DNA of 64,000 nucleotides from an uncultured Clostridia bacterium. Lineage in GTDB: Bacteria; Bacillota; Clostridia; Christensenellales; UBA1242. The notes under the pieces were generated by a model. That model was not told where the DNA came from and did no database searches. It saw only the letters and a program-made list of their open reading frames with translations. This document shows positions 10,479 to 21,374 of the stretch, in pieces (position 1 is the stretch's first letter; every line of letters starts with the position of its first letter). The DNA lies in NCBI GenBank assembly GCA_944382715.1, contig CALWNC010000001.1, forward strand, positions 118,872 to 182,871, in the 5' to 3' direction. The translations under genes and the position numbers were made by a program.

Positions 10479-10507
10479 ATTTTTCTCCAATAGACTTAAT
10501 TTTACAA

Positions 10508-11812
10508 CTACAATATGTTTTTATGTCTTCTCATCATAAGTTGTGCTTCAAGTTGATCTTTAAACTCAATTGCAACACTAACAACGATAAGCATACCTGT
10601 TGCCGTGAATGAGTTTAAAAGTCCCTGTGAACCCACAGCCACGGCAGAGAATAACACTGATGGTACAAGTGCTATAAATGCTAAGAAAATTGCACCAAAT
10701 AGTGTGATTCTATGTGAAATTTTCTTTAAATAATCAGTTGTTGGCTTACCTTGACGAATACCAGGAATAAATCCACCATGTTGCTGAATATTTAAACTTA
10801 CATCACTTGGATTAAATTGTATGGTTGCATAGAAATATGCAAAGAACAAAATAAGAAGAGCTGTAAGCACACTATACATTATTGAGCCAGTACCAAAATA
10901 TGTGTACCAAAAGTTAGCGAACCACCCACTATCTCTAGTAACACCAAATAGTGCCATAACAAGAGATGGGAAAGTAATAATAGCAGATGCAAAGATAATT
11001 GGAAGTACACCACTAGCATTAACCTTTAATGGAATGTAAGATGATTGACCACCATACATCTTTCTACCTTTCATTTGTTTTGAATACTGAACAGTAATCT
11101 TTCTTTCAGCAAGGTCAACAAATACAATAAGGAAGAAAATAATAACAACTAATGCAAGGAAGCCAATGAGTTCCCAAAGATAAGTCAAACTATTTGAAAT
11201 GTTTCTAATTGCATTGAGAACTGATTGTGCTGCAGATGCGATGATACCGATAAAGATTATAAGTGAAAGTCCATTACCAATACCCTGTTCTGTAATTTTA
11301 TCACCAAGCCACATAGTAAAGCATGTACCAGCCATTAAAACTATAATTACAACTACACTTGTGAGCCAAGTTATATTTTCACCAAAGATTGGATCAATGT
11401 AATCAGACCCTAAACCTAAGACAATACCAAGACCCTGAGCAAGTGCAAGAACCAATGCTACAATTTTTGTAATTAAATTAATTTTATCTCTTCCTGTATC
11501 TCCTTCTTTTGAAAGTCTTTCAAGAGAAGGGATTGCAACAGCAAGAAGTTGCACAATAATTGAAGCATTAATATATGGCGTTACACCTAATGCAAATATA
11601 GCTGCATTAGAAAGAGCACTACCCGTTACGGTATTAAGCAGAGACAAAATACCAGTGGTATCGTTTGCCGCAATGTCAGCGTAAAGGTCACTATTTAGTC
11701 CCGGTGTTGGCAAAAAGCAACCCAAACGATAAACAAGAAGCAGAGCAAGCGTTATTAAAATACTCTTTCTTATTTCGCGATTTTTAAATGCGTTTCCAAG
11801 GGTTTTGAACAT
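10508..11812 (-). CDS. secY: Preprotein translocase subunit SecY
   Basis: 434 aa polytopic protein with SecY signature regions; spc operon position. Confidence 0.96.
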   Translation of the reverse strand: MFKTLGNAFKNREIRKSILITLALLLVYRLGCFLPTPGLNSDLYADIAANDTTGILSLLNTVTGSALSNAAIFALGVTPYINASIIVQLLAVAIPSLERLSKEGDTGRDKINLITKIVALVLALAQGLGIVLGLGSDYIDPIFGENITWLTSVVVIIVLMAGTCFTMWLGDKITEQGIGNGLSLIIFIGIIASAAQSVLNAIRNISNSLTYLWELIGFLALVVIIFFLIVFVDLAERKITVQYSKQMKGRKMYGGQSSYIPLKVNASGVLPIIFASAIITFPSLVMALFGVTRDSGWFANFWYTYFGTGSIMYSVLTALLILFFAYFYATIQFNPSDVSLNIQQHGGFIPGIRQGKPTTDYLKKISHRITLFGAIFLAFIALVPSVLFSAVAVGSQGLLNSFTATGMLIVVSVAIEFKDQLEAQLMMRRHKNIL

Positions 11813-11814
11813 TA

Positions 11815-12258
11815 TTATCTTACCTCAATAGTTCCGCCAGCAGCGGTAATTTTCTTTGCTGCACCATCTGTAAATTTTGCAGCCTGAACATTTAATGGTT
11901 TTGTTAGCGAACCGTTTCCAAGCACTTTTAAACCATATGGTTCAATTTTAGCGATAATTCCCTTTGATTTTAGAAGCTCAGCTGTTACAGTTGAATTTGC
12001 TTCAAAAACTTCAAGTTCACCAACATTAATTGTAGTATAAACCTTTCTGAAGTTATTTGTAAAGCCAATTTTTGGAAGTTGTCTAATAAGTGGCATTTGA
12101 CCACCTTCAAATCCTGGTCTAACTCCTCCACCACTTCTAGCATTTTGACCTTTGTGACCTTTACCAGAAGTCTTACCAAGACCTGAACCAATTCCACGGC
12201 CTAACCTTTTTGATTTTGAAGTTGAACCTTCAGCAGGTGTTAATTCGTGAATCTTCAT
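11815..12258 (-). CDS. rplO: 50S ribosomal protein L15
   Basis: [22 protein letters not shown] motif. Confidence 0.95.
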   Translation of the reverse strand: MKIHELTPAEGSTSKSKRLGRGIGSGLGKTSGKGHKGQNARSGGGVRPGFEGGQMPLIRQLPKIGFTNNFRKVYTTINVGELEVFEANSTVTAELLKSKGIIAKIEPYGLKVLGNGSLTKPLNVQAAKFTDGAAKKITAAGGTIEVR

Positions 12259-12272
12259 CACTCTATTCTCCT

Positions 12273-12545
12273 TTATACATTTTCAACTTTTACAAGATGC
12301 TTAACAACAAAAATCATACCTCTTGTAGCAGCATTATCTGGAACAATATTAGATGAATTCAATTTGTTAAGTCCAAGAGCAACAAGTGTTCTTTTTTGTT
12401 TTTCAAGACGACCTGAGTTACTTTTTACAAGAGTAACTTTTAGCATCTGTTTTTTCTCAACTTTTTTAGTTGTCTTTCTTGTTGAAGTCTTTTTCTTAGA
12501 AGAAGACTCAACAGTTTCTGTTTCTTTTACTTCTACTTCTGTCAT
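12273..12545 (-). CDS. rpmD: 50S ribosomal protein L30 with ~31-aa K/T/E-rich N-terminal extension
   Basis: Core [20 protein letters not shown] is L30. The ATG at 12545 has a GGAG SD and lies just after the rpsE stop. An internal ATG at 12446 is possible but lacks an SD. Confidence 0.85.
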   Translation of the reverse strand: MTEVEVKETETVESSSKKKTSTRKTTKKVEKKQMLKVTLVKSNSGRLEKQKRTLVALGLNKLNSSNIVPDNAATRGMIFVVKHLVKVENV

Positions 12546-12558
12546 TTTTGCCTTTCTC

Positions 12559-13191
12559 CTATATAATTTCTTCAACTGTTTTGCCACGAATTGCAGCAAT
12601 CTGCTCAGCAGTTCTAAGTGCTTTAAGACCTTCAAATGTAGCCTTTACTGCATTTACAGGATTATTTGAACCATAAAGTTTAGTTGTAATATCTCTGATT
12701 CCTGCAAGTTCAACAACATCACGAACTGCACCACCAGCAATAATACCTTTACCTTCTTGAGATGGTAACATTAATACCTTTGTAGTTCCGAACTTTCCTA
12801 TAATGTCATGTGGAATTGTTGTACCATCTATGCAAACACTAATCATATTCTTTTTAGCAACCAATGTTGCCTTTTCAATAGCCTGTGTTACATCAAGGGC
12901 TTTAGCAAGACCAATACCAACCTTACCATTTTTATCACCAACAACCATCAATGCATCATAACGAAGTGTCTTTCCACCTTTTGTAACTTTTGAAATGGCA
13001 TTTAAGTTTATCATTCTCTTTTCAAGACCATCAGACACTCTTTCTGGACGACGATTTTCTCTTCTTGGCTTTCTTGAACTTCTACCAGACTCTTTTTTGT
13101 TCTCAGTTACAGCTTCAGTAGATTGAGTTTCTTCTGCAACTGGTTCTTCTGTTGCTGCATTAACAGCTTTTTCTTCAATTTCTTCTGCCAT
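12559..13191 (-). CDS. rpsE: 30S ribosomal protein S5 with ~50-aa acidic/basic N-terminal extension
   Basis: Core VTKGGK..R..ALMVVGDKNGKVGIG.AKA is S5. Confidence 0.94.
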   Translation of the reverse strand: MAEEIEEKAVNAATEEPVAEETQSTEAVTENKKESGRSSRKPRRENRRPERVSDGLEKRMINLNAISKVTKGGKTLRYDALMVVGDKNGKVGIGLAKALDVTQAIEKATLVAKKNMISVCIDGTTIPHDIIGKFGTTKVLMLPSQEGKGIIAGGAVRDVVELAGIRDITTKLYGSNNPVNAVKATFEGLKALRTAEQIAAIRGKTVEEII

Positions 13192-13199
13192 AATTTCTC

Positions 13200-13568
13200 C
13201 TAGAACTCAAGTCCAGCAGCTCTTGCACCTTCTGCCAAACTCTTAATACGACCCGTGTAAACATATCCACTACGGTCAAATACGACTTTTTTAAGACCAA
13301 GTTTTAAAGCTTTTTCTGCGATAGCTTTGCCCACTTCGCTAGCCTGTTCAACTTTTGTTTTGTTTTTAAGAACTTTTTCAAGATCTTTATCTTTACTGCT
13401 CGCACTGCAAAGAGTGTGACCAGCCTTATCGTCAATAAGTTGAGCATAAATCTCATTTGTTGAACGATAAACATTTAGTCTAGGCATCTCAGCTGTACCA
13501 CTAAGGGTAAATCTAATACGAGTATGCTTAGCTTTTCTAACTTCGTTTTTATTAACTTTCTTAAACAT
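13200..13568 (-). CDS. rplR: 50S ribosomal protein L18
   Basis: RLNVYRS...IYAQLIDD and C-terminal DR.GY.Y.GR...LA..AR..GLEF. Confidence 0.95.
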   Translation of the reverse strand: MFKKVNKNEVRKAKHTRIRFTLSGTAEMPRLNVYRSTNEIYAQLIDDKAGHTLCSASSKDKDLEKVLKNKTKVEQASEVGKAIAEKALKLGLKKVVFDRSGYVYTGRIKSLAEGARAAGLEF

Positions 13569-13579
13569 ACTATAACTCC

Positions 13580-14143
13580 TTATTTCTTACCTGAAGATGT
13601 CTTTTTGATTTCTTTTCTACGAACATGCTCATTGGTATAGTAAATACCATAACCATGATATGGTTCGACTTTCTTAATAGCTTTAATATCTGCTGCAAAC
13701 TGACCAACCTTTTCCTTGCTGATACCTGCAATAACCATCTCAGTTGCAGATGGACATGTTACTGTTAATCCCTCAGGGATTTCAACATTAACTGGGTGTG
13801 AAAATCCAATATTTAAGGTGATTTTATTGCCTTGAACTTGAACTTTATAACCAACGCCATTTACAGAAACGGATTTTGTAAAACCTTCTGAAACACCCTT
13901 AATCATATTTGCAAGCAATGCACGATATAAACCATGTTTTGCATTTGTATCAGCTAATTCGTCATTAGCAACAAGTAAAATTGAATCTTTTCCTTCATGT
14001 TCTCCCCTAGTCACAGAAACATTTCCAGTAATTTGTTGAGTTAAAGTTCCTTTTGATCCAGTAACTGTAACAAAATTAGTGTCAGAAACATCGACTGTAA
14101 CATTTGCAGGAAGAACGATTGGAGCTTTACCTATACGACTCAT
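13580..14143 (-). CDS. rplF: 50S ribosomal protein L6
   Basis: [12 protein letters not shown] start with two L6 repeats. Confidence 0.95.
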   Translation of the reverse strand: MSRIGKAPIVLPANVTVDVSDTNFVTVTGSKGTLTQQITGNVSVTRGEHEGKDSILLVANDELADTNAKHGLYRALLANMIKGVSEGFTKSVSVNGVGYKVQVQGNKITLNIGFSHPVNVEIPEGLTVTCPSATEMVIAGISKEKVGQFAADIKAIKKVEPYHGYGIYYTNEHVRRKEIKKTSSGKK

Positions 14144-14155
14144 ACTCTTTCCTCC

Positions 14156-14551
14156 TTACCATACATAGGCGAGAACTTCGCCACCGATTCCAAGCTTTCT
14201 AGCTTCTCTATCTGTCATAACACCCTTTGATGTTGAAACGATAACAATTCCAAGACCACCAAGAACTTTTGGAAGTTCTGCACTTCCAGCGTAAATTCTA
14301 CGACCAGGTTTTGAAATTCTTTTCAAGCCAGTAATAACTTTTTGATTTTTATTAACATATTTTAAGTTAATTACAAGATTTTTAAATTTGCCATTTTCTA
14401 CTTCTTCAAATGAAGAAATGTAACCTTCATCAAGCAAGATTTGTGCAATTGACTTCTTCATAATAGAAGATTCAAGAGAAACACTTTCATGCTTAGCTGT
14501 TTGAGCATTTCTTATTCTTGTAAGCATATCTGCGATAGAATCATTAACCAT
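14156..14551 (-). CDS. rpsH: 30S ribosomal protein S8
   Basis: [13 protein letters not shown] start and GGEVLAYVW end. Confidence 0.96.
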   Translation of the reverse strand: MVNDSIADMLTRIRNAQTAKHESVSLESSIMKKSIAQILLDEGYISSFEEVENGKFKNLVINLKYVNKNQKVITGLKRISKPGRRIYAGSAELPKVLGGLGIVIVSTSKGVMTDREARKLGIGGEVLAYVW

Positions 14552-14574
14552 TTTATCTCTCTTCCTCCTTAATA

Positions 14575-14760
14575 TTACCAGCTAGATTTCTTAATTCCAG
14601 GGATTTGACCTTTATAAGCAAGTTCTCTAAAACAAATACGGCAAATACCATATTTTCTAAGAACTGAATGAGGTCTACCACAAATTGAACATCTTGTGTA
14701 CTCACGAGTTTTATATTTTTGTGGTCTCTGTTGTTTATTAATCATTGATTTTTTTGCCAT
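14575..14760 (-). CDS. rpsN: 30S ribosomal protein S14 type Z (zinc-binding, 61 aa)
   Basis: CSICGRP....[11 protein letters not shown] Cys4 motif. Confidence 0.95.
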   Translation of the reverse strand: MAKKSMINKQQRPQKYKTREYTRCSICGRPHSVLRKYGICRICFRELAYKGQIPGIKKSSW

Positions 14761-14785
14761 TTTATTCTCCTTCTCCTTGATTACC

Positions 14786-15352
14786 CTACTGAGCCTTAAA
14801 AGGCATTCCCATCAATTTAAGGAGTACCCTAGCTTCATCATCTGTTTTTGCTGTTGTAACAAAACTAATATCAAAACCTCTAATTTTTTCAATCTTATCA
14901 TAGATAATTTCTGGGAAAATTAGTTGTTCTTTAATGCCATAAGAATAGTTTCCTCTGCCATCAAAGCCAGTATTTGAATCAATTCCTCTAAAATCACGAA
15001 CCTTTGGAAGAGCAATAGAAATAAGTCTATCTAAAAACTCATACATTCTCTTACCACGAAGCGTTACTTTTGCACCAATCTTTTGATTTTGACGAAGTTT
15101 AAAGTTTGCAATAGATTTTTTTGCAGTTGTTACTGCTGGTCTTTGACCAGAAATAGCTGCAAGCTCGTCAACTGCGATATTAAAACTTTTTGAGTTGTCT
15201 TTTTCTGCACCAAGTCCCATATTCAAAACAATTTTTTCAATTTTTGGAACTTCATTTACATTCTTGTAGCCAAATTCTTTTACAAGTGCAGGAACAACTT
15301 CGTTTACATATTTGTCTTTTAATCTAATACCACTTTCGTATTTCTTTGCCAT
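14786..15352 (-). CDS. rplE: 50S ribosomal protein L5
   Basis: 188 aa L5 family sequence ([12 protein letters not shown]). Confidence 0.95.
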   Translation of the reverse strand: MAKKYESGIRLKDKYVNEVVPALVKEFGYKNVNEVPKIEKIVLNMGLGAEKDNSKSFNIAVDELAAISGQRPAVTTAKKSIANFKLRQNQKIGAKVTLRGKRMYEFLDRLISIALPKVRDFRGIDSNTGFDGRGNYSYGIKEQLIFPEIIYDKIEKIRGFDISFVTTAKTDDEARVLLKLMGMPFKAQ

Positions 15353-15357
15353 AAAAT

Positions 15358-15852
15358 TTAAACTCCTCTTTGTGATGATCTAGTAGTTGTTGGCTTTTTA
15401 GCTACAGCAGTTTTGGTTGCTTTTTCCTCATGAGCCACCTTTGCTCTCGACTTTTTTTCTGTTTTTGCAGGTTTTACTGCCTTTTTATCTTCTGATTTTG
15501 TATCAGCCTTTTTTGCCTTTACAAATTTTGAATCAAGTACACCAGCACATTTTGGGCATACTCTTACTTTTTTGCCCTCAACAACTGCGTGTCTTACTCG
15601 AATTGCTTTATTACAAGAAGGACAAATAACATTTACATTTGAAACATCTATTGGAGCTTCTTGTTTAATAAGTTCACTTTTTTCTTGTGCTGTTCTTGCT
15701 TTTTTAGCCTTTGTCATAATATTTACATCTTCAACAAGAACTCTTACGTGACCTTTTACTTTTTTAACTGCGAGTACCTTTCCCTTTTTACCAGAGTCTT
15801 TTCCGGAATTTACTAAAACGGTATCGCCAGTTTTTACACTAACCTTTGTCAT
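15358..15852 (-). CDS. rplX: 50S ribosomal protein L24 with Cys4 knuckle and ~55-aa K/A/T-rich C-terminal tail
   Basis: KOW motif ([19 protein letters not shown]), then CPSC...CPKC, then a lysine-rich tail. 164 aa versus about 103 typical. Confidence 0.93.
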   Translation of the reverse strand: MTKVSVKTGDTVLVNSGKDSGKKGKVLAVKKVKGHVRVLVEDVNIMTKAKKARTAQEKSELIKQEAPIDVSNVNVICPSCNKAIRVRHAVVEGKKVRVCPKCAGVLDSKFVKAKKADTKSEDKKAVKPAKTEKKSRAKVAHEEKATKTAVAKKPTTTRSSQRGV

Positions 15853-15863
15853 TTTTTATCCTC

Positions 15864-16235
15864 CTATAAAACTTCTGGTGCAAGTGAAATAATTTTCATA
15901 AATCTTGAATCAGCACGAAGTTCACGAGCAACAGGTCCAAAGATACGAGTACCTCTTGGATTTCCATCATTATTTATAATAACTGCAGCATTGTCGTCAA
16001 ATTTGATGTAACTGCCATCTTCTCTACGAACACCTTTTGTTGTTCTTACAACGACAGCTGTTACTACATCACCCTTTTTTATAGCTGCACCTGGAGTAGC
16101 AGATTTTACAGAAGCTTTGATAATATCTCCTATTTCGGCAGTCTTTACAACGGAACCACCTACGATGTGGAAACACATAATCTCTTTTGCACCTGAATTA
16201 TCGGCAACTCTGAGTCTAGTTTGTGGTTGTATCAT
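15864..16235 (-). CDS. rplN: 50S ribosomal protein L14
   Basis: [16 protein letters not shown] start. Confidence 0.97.
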   Translation of the reverse strand: MIQPQTRLRVADNSGAKEIMCFHIVGGSVVKTAEIGDIIKASVKSATPGAAIKKGDVVTAVVVRTTKGVRREDGSYIKFDDNAAVIINNDGNPRGTRIFGPVARELRADSRFMKIISLAPEVL

Positions 16236-16254
16236 AACTAATCTCTCCTATCCA

Positions 16255-16521
16255 TTATTTAACTTTTTCAACAATTCTTACTAAGCGCCATCTTTTATCT
16301 TTGCTAAGTGGACGAGTTTCAGCAATTTCTACTACATCTCCAACATCGCATTGATTTTCAGAGTCATGTGCTTTTACCTTTGTTGATTGATTAAGTGTTT
16401 TTCCATATACTGGGTGCATAGCTTTAGTTTTTAAAAGAACAACTATTGTTTTGTCCATTTTATTGCTAACAACTTCACCAATTCTGGTTTTTCTATCATT
16501 TCTTACAATTTCATTTGCCAT
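16255..16521 (-). CDS. rpsQ: 30S ribosomal protein S17
   Basis: [13 protein letters not shown]....K.HP.YGK pattern. Confidence 0.95.
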   Translation of the reverse strand: MANEIVRNDRKTRIGEVVSNKMDKTIVVLLKTKAMHPVYGKTLNQSTKVKAHDSENQCDVGDVVEIAETRPLSKDKRWRLVRIVEKVK

Positions 16522-16532
16522 AATAATTCACC

Positions 16533-16799
16533 TTAACCTTTAACTTCTGCATCGACTTTTGCAGTTTTTCTTGTAGATTTTTTTGTAGTTTCCTTTGTTG
16601 GAGCTTTTGCTAAGCCCAATTCTCTTTGACGCATAACAGTTTTAACTCTTGCAATATTTCTCTTGCATACGCTAATAGAACTATTATTTGTTAAACTTCC
16701 TGTTGCATTTGTAAATCTCAAATTGAATAATTCAGATTTTAAACTTGCAAGTTTGTCAGCAAGTTCTTTATCTGTGAGTGAACTAAATTCATTTTTCAT
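16533..16799 (-). CDS. rpmC: 50S ribosomal protein L29 with basic C-terminal extension
   Basis: L..KL..LK.ELFNLRF core. 88 aa versus about 65 typical. Confidence 0.92.
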   Translation of the reverse strand: MKNEFSSLTDKELADKLASLKSELFNLRFTNATGSLTNNSSISVCKRNIARVKTVMRQRELGLAKAPTKETTKKSTRKTAKVDAEVKG

Positions 16800-17257
16800 T
16801 ACTTAGCCTCCTTTGTGGTTGGAGTTACATTATTAACCATTGCATCAAGTTCTTCTTTTGAATATATCTTTGTTGCAATTGGAAGTTTGTATTGAGCAAG
16901 TTTAAGTGCCTTTACCATTAAATCTTTATTAGGGCAAGAAACTTCAAATATAACTCTACCTGGTTTTACGACAGCAACCCAGTACTCTGGTGAACCTTTA
17001 CCAGAACCCATACGAGTATCTGCAGGTTTTTTTGTTACTGGCTTATCTGGAAATACATCAATCCAAACTTTTCCACCTCTTTGGAAGCATCTATTTATAG
17101 CGACACGACCTGCTTCAAGTTGATTTGAAGTCATCCAGCAAGGTTCAAGGGCAACCAAACCATATTCACCGTAAGTAATTTTATTACCTCTTAAGGCTTT
17201 TCCAGTCATTCTGCCTCTTTGAACTTTTCTTCTTTTTACTCTTTTTGGCATCAACAT
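16799..17257 (-). CDS. rplP: 50S ribosomal protein L16
   Basis: [16 protein letters not shown] start. Confidence 0.96.
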   Translation of the reverse strand: MLMPKRVKRRKVQRGRMTGKALRGNKITYGEYGLVALEPCWMTSNQLEAGRVAINRCFQRGGKVWIDVFPDKPVTKKPADTRMGSGKGSPEYWVAVVKPGRVIFEVSCPNKDLMVKALKLAQYKLPIATKIYSKEELDAMVNNVTPTTKEAK

Positions 17258-17928
17258 TAGTCTTTACCTCCTTGCGATTGTTTAGCGAGGTTAACTTTAC
17301 CTAAAATTTCGCCTTTATAAATCCAAACTTTAACGCCAAGTCTACCATAGATTGTAGCTTCTGCAAAACCATAATCAATGTCAGCTCTGAGTGTTTGAAG
17401 AGGTATTGAACCATAGTGTAATGTTTCGCTTCTTGCAATTTCTGCGTTATTAATACGACCAGAACACATTATTTTAACACCCTTAACACCTGCTTTTTGG
17501 CATCTTGCGATTGCTTGTTTCATAGCTCTTCTACAAACAACTCTTTGATCAAGTTGTGTAGCAATGCTTTCAGCAACAAGTTGTGCATCAAGGTCTGGGG
17601 TTTTTACTTCTATAACATTAATGTTTACTTCTTTGCCACCAGCTACTTTTGAAACAGCAGCTTTCATTGCTTCAACTCCTGCACCCTTTTGACCAATAAC
17701 CATACCTGGACGAGAGGTGTAGAGCGAAATTAATAATTTTGTATCATTGTTTCTTTCAATTAAAATTTTTGAAATTCCACAATTTTTGTAATTGTTTTTA
17801 ATGAACTCACGAACTTTGTGATCTTCAAGAATATATAAAGCCATGTGCTTTTTATCAGCAATCCAATTGCTATCCCAATTCTTGTTAATACCAACTCTAA
17901 ATCCGTGTGGATTAACTTTTTGTCCCAT
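17257..17928 (-). CDS. rpsC: 30S ribosomal protein S3
   Basis: [13 protein letters not shown] start with a KH domain. Confidence 0.96.
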   Translation of the reverse strand: MGQKVNPHGFRVGINKNWDSNWIADKKHMALYILEDHKVREFIKNNYKNCGISKILIERNNDTKLLISLYTSRPGMVIGQKGAGVEAMKAAVSKVAGGKEVNINVIEVKTPDLDAQLVAESIATQLDQRVVCRRAMKQAIARCQKAGVKGVKIMCSGRINNAEIARSETLHYGSIPLQTLRADIDYGFAEATIYGRLGVKVWIYKGEILGKVNLAKQSQGGKD

Positions 17929-17946
17929 TTTTCCTCCTCGACCTTT

Positions 17947-18336
17947 CTAAGCCTTTTTCTCATCAAGAATGATTGTAATATGACTTGTTCTTTTCTTGAT
18001 GGAATGTGCTCTACCTTTGCTTACTGGTTGGAATCTTTTTAAAGTTGCAGCACCATCAGCATAAGCTTCAGCAACAAATAAATTAGCTTTATTCATACCT
18101 AAATTGTTTTCTGCGTTTGCGCCAGCACTTTGTAAAACTTTGATAGCTTCTTCTGCACCAACGTTTGGCATATTTTTCAAAATGGCATCAGCCATCATGT
18201 AGTCCTTTCCACGAATAAGGTTAAGAACTATTCTAACTTTTGAAGGAGAAACTCCAACATTTTTAGCTATGGCTCTTGGTCTTTTATCTGCGACCTGAGC
18301 TCTTCTTTCAGTTTTTTCTTTCATTCTAGTAGCCAT
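17947..18336 (-). CDS. rplV: 50S ribosomal protein L22
   Basis: SPSKVR.VLNLIRGK motif. Confidence 0.95.
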   Translation of the reverse strand: MATRMKEKTERRAQVADKRPRAIAKNVGVSPSKVRIVLNLIRGKDYMMADAILKNMPNVGAEEAIKVLQSAGANAENNLGMNKANLFVAEAYADGAATLKRFQPVSKGRAHSIKKRTSHITIILDEKKA

Positions 18337-18339
18337 AGA

Positions 18340-18621
18340 TTACTTACCCCCCTTCAAAGACTTCACACCAGCATGACCTCTAAAAGTTCTTGTTGGCGCA
18401 AATTCACCGAGTTTGTATGAAACCATTTCAGCAGTTATATAAACAGGAATATGTTTTCTACCATCATAAACACCAATTGTGTGTCCTACCATTTCTGGAA
18501 CAATTGTAGAAGACCTAGCCCAAGTTTTTACAACATGCTTTTCATTAGATGCGTTCATGGCTTCAATTTTTTTCATAAGGCTCTTATCAACATATGGGCC
18601 TTTTTTTACTGATCTACTCAT
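18340..18621 (-). CDS. rpsS: 30S ribosomal protein S19
   Basis: [12 protein letters not shown] start and GHT..VY.GR.H.PV. Confidence 0.96.
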   Translation of the reverse strand: MSRSVKKGPYVDKSLMKKIEAMNASNEKHVVKTWARSSTIVPEMVGHTIGVYDGRKHIPVYITAEMVSYKLGEFAPTRTFRGHAGVKSLKGGK

Positions 18622-18632
18622 CTCTTTGTCTC

Positions 18633-19460
18633 CTAATTAATTCGTTTAACTATAAGTTTATTTGTACGATTCTTTTTCTTTCTTGTTTTAAGACCCATAG
18701 CAGGTTTACCCCAAGGAGTCATAGGACCAGCGTGTCCAACTGGAGCTTTACCCTCACCACCACCATGTGGGTGATCAACAGGGTTCATAGCAGCACCACG
18801 AACATGTGGACGAACACCTTTGTGTCTTGTTATACCTGCTTTACCAGCTGAGGTAATCTCGTGTTCAATATTTCCTACTTGACCAATTGTAGCTCTACAA
18901 TTTTCAGGAACTTTTCTCATTTCTCCTGATGGCATTCTAAGTGTAGCATAACCACCCTCTAAAGCCATAAACTGTGCTGAAATACCAGCACTTCTTGCAA
19001 TCTTTCCACCTTTGCCTGGATTAAATTCGATGTTGTGTACAACTGCACCAATAGGAATTTGTCTAAGTGGAAGAGAATTGCCAACTTTAATCTCAGCATT
19101 TTCGCCACTTTCTACAGTATCACCAACAGCAAGTCCAACAGGTGCTAAGATATATCTCTTTTCACCATCTGCATAATTTAAAAGAGCAATATATGCTGAT
19201 CTGTTTGGGTCATATTCAATAGTAGCAACTTTTGCCGGAATATTATCTTTATTTCTCTTAAAGTCAATTACACGATATTTTTGACGATTTCCGCCGCCGA
19301 TATGTCTAACTGTTATTTTTCCATAAGAGTTACGACCACCAGTTTTTTTCTTTGTTTCAAGGAGAGATTTTTCAGGAGTCGTACAAGTAATTTCATCAAA
19401 TGAAGCTACGGCTCTAAATCTTTGTCCTGCACTGGTAGGATTTAATTTTCTAATTGCCAT
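18633..19460 (-). CDS. rplB: 50S ribosomal protein L2
   Basis: 275 aa; GGGNRQKYR and [13 protein letters not shown] motifs. Confidence 0.97.
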   Translation of the reverse strand: MAIRKLNPTSAGQRFRAVASFDEITCTTPEKSLLETKKKTGGRNSYGKITVRHIGGGNRQKYRVIDFKRNKDNIPAKVATIEYDPNRSAYIALLNYADGEKRYILAPVGLAVGDTVESGENAEIKVGNSLPLRQIPIGAVVHNIEFNPGKGGKIARSAGISAQFMALEGGYATLRMPSGEMRKVPENCRATIGQVGNIEHEITSAGKAGITRHKGVRPHVRGAAMNPVDHPHGGGEGKAPVGHAGPMTPWGKPAMGLKTRKKKNRTNKLIVKRIN

Positions 19461-19485
19461 ATATATTTTTTCTCCTTACCTTGTA

Positions 19486-19776
19486 TTATGACAAGCTGTC
19501 GAAGAATTCAATTGACTTACTGTCACTAGAAAGCTGTACAATTGCTTTTTTGTAACTACCTGTAAGACCTTGGGTTCTTCCTTGTCTTTTTATTTTACCA
19601 TATACATTCATTGTATTAACACTAGCAACTTTAACTTTAAAAATTTCTTCAACAGCGTGCTTAATCTGAGATTTTGTAGCACTCTTTGCGACTTTAAAGT
19701 AGTACTTTTTGTTAGCAATGTCTGCATAACTCTTTTCAGAAAGGATAGGTTTTATAATAATATCATGTGCGACCAT
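19486..19776 (-). CDS. rplW: 50S ribosomal protein L23
   Basis: 96 aa L23 family sequence at the expected operon position. Confidence 0.93.
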   Translation of the reverse strand: MVAHDIIIKPILSEKSYADIANKKYYFKVAKSATKSQIKHAVEEIFKVKVASVNTMNVYGKIKRQGRTQGLTGSYKKAIVQLSSDSKSIEFFDSLS

Positions 19777-20393
19777 TATCTATTTCCCTCCTCTAATTTT
19801 TTAACTGCATCTTTGGTAATTACGATGTAGTCTGAATTTACTAAATCATAAGTATTTAAGATGTTTGCCGTTGTAACAGATACTTCAGGAAGATTAGAAA
19901 AAGCACGAATTGCGTTTGAATTAACTTCATCAGTTACAACAGTAACTTTTCTACTAGCCTTTAAAGCATCTAATACTTTAACTGCAACTTTTGTCTTTGG
20001 CTCAATATTCATATTATCAACAACAATTAAAGCATTTTCTTTAAGCATTGTTGAAAGAGCACTAACAAAAGCTCCATGTCTCATTTGAGCGTTTAATTTT
20101 TTCTCAAAGTCACGAGGCTTTGGGGCGAATACAACACCACCATGAACCCATTGTGGAGAGCGAATAGAACCTTGTCTTGCTCTACCTGTGCCCTTTTGTT
20201 TCCAAGGCTTTCTACCACCACCTGCAACTTCTGCTCTTGTTAGTGTAGACTTGGTGCCTTGTCTTTGATTTGCAAGATATGTAACAACTGCTTGATGAAT
20301 TAATGCTTCGTTATAACTTACGCCAAAAACCTCATCTGCGAGTGTTATTTCTTCAACTTCTTGTCCCTCTAAATTATAAACTTTTGTCTGCAT
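19776..20393 (-). CDS. rplD: 50S ribosomal protein L4
   Basis: GGGRKPWKQKGTGRAR.GS.RSPQW motif. Confidence 0.96.
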   Translation of the reverse strand: MQTKVYNLEGQEVEEITLADEVFGVSYNEALIHQAVVTYLANQRQGTKSTLTRAEVAGGGRKPWKQKGTGRARQGSIRSPQWVHGGVVFAPKPRDFEKKLNAQMRHGAFVSALSTMLKENALIVVDNMNIEPKTKVAVKVLDALKASRKVTVVTDEVNSNAIRAFSNLPEVSVTTANILNTYDLVNSDYIVITKDAVKKLEEGNR

Positions 20394-20407
20394 ATTGTTT
20401 TTATCTC

Positions 20408-21040
20408 CTATTTAGCTTTTACAGCACTGCATATTGTAACAACAGCACCCTTAGCTCCTGGAATAGCACCCTTAATTAAGATAAGGTTTCTATCAGCGTC
20501 GACTTTTGCAATTTCGAGATTTTGGATAGTAACTTTTTCATCACCCCAGTCACCTGGCATCTTGTGATTTTTAAATACTCTTGATGGATCAGTGTGAGCT
20601 GAAAGTGAACCAGGTTCTCTGTGACAAGGACCAGTACCGTGTGTCATAGGAAGTCTATGAGCATTCCATTTTTGAATTGTACCAGAGAAACCATGACCTT
20701 TGCTGTAACCAGAAACATCTACCTTTTCTCCAGCTGTGAAAATGTTACATTTGATTTCTGAACCAAGAGATAATCCCTCAGAAGAAATCTTAAACTCTTT
20801 TAAGTATCTTTTTGCTGATAAATTAGCTTTTTTCAAGTGTCCAATTTCAGCTTTTGTGAGTCTGCTATCTTTGGTATCCATAAAGCTAAGTTGAACTGCA
20901 TTATAGCCATCTACAGCTTCTGTCTTTATTTGTGATACATAGCAAGGACCTGCTTCAACGACAGTCACAGGGATAACAACACCAGTTTCAGTGAAGATTT
21001 GTGACATACCAATTTTTTTGCCAAGTATTGCGTTTTTCAT
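20408..21040 (-). CDS. rplC: 50S ribosomal protein L3
   Basis: ILGKKIGMSQIF start and SKGHGF.G..K. Confidence 0.96.
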   Translation of the reverse strand: MKNAILGKKIGMSQIFTETGVVIPVTVVEAGPCYVSQIKTEAVDGYNAVQLSFMDTKDSRLTKAEIGHLKKANLSAKRYLKEFKISSEGLSLGSEIKCNIFTAGEKVDVSGYSKGHGFSGTIQKWNAHRLPMTHGTGPCHREPGSLSAHTDPSRVFKNHKMPGDWGDEKVTIQNLEIAKVDADRNLILIKGAIPGAKGAVVTICSAVKAK

Positions 21041-21065
21041 AAAAATTTATCTCCTCCTGCGACCT

Positions 21066-21374
21066 TTATAACTTTATTTTGATATCAACGCCTGCTGGAA
21101 GTTCGATTTTCATTAATGAATCAACTGTTTTAGCAGATGGATTGTAGATATCAATCAACCTTTTATATGTTCTCATTTCAAATTGTTCACGACTATCTTT
21201 GTATTTGTGAACAGCACGAAGTATTGTAATTACTTCTTTTTCAGTTGGCATAGGAATAGGACCAGAATATTTTGCCCCAGACTTTTTAACGGTCTCAACA
21301 ATTCTTGCAGCACTTTGGTCAACAAGATTGTGGTCATATGCCTTTAACTTAATTCTCATTTTTTGAATTGCCAT
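21066..21374 (-). CDS. rpsJ: 30S ribosomal protein S10
   Basis: [11 protein letters not shown] start; first gene of the S10 operon. Confidence 0.96.
   Translation of the reverse strand: MAIQKMRIKLKAYDHNLVDQSAARIVETVKKSGAKYSGPIPMPTEKEVITILRAVHKYKDSREQFEMRTYKRLIDIYNPSAKTVDSLMKIELPAGVDIKIKL

Noticed and set aside
6163-20088. Plus-strand ORFs antisense to ribosomal protein genes (e.g. 12247-12669, 8004-8264, 18594-18851, 19861-20088)
   Set aside because: They fully overlap highly conserved minus-strand genes, lack SD sequences and have low-complexity S/F/L/C-rich translations typical of antisense frames of purine-rich genes.
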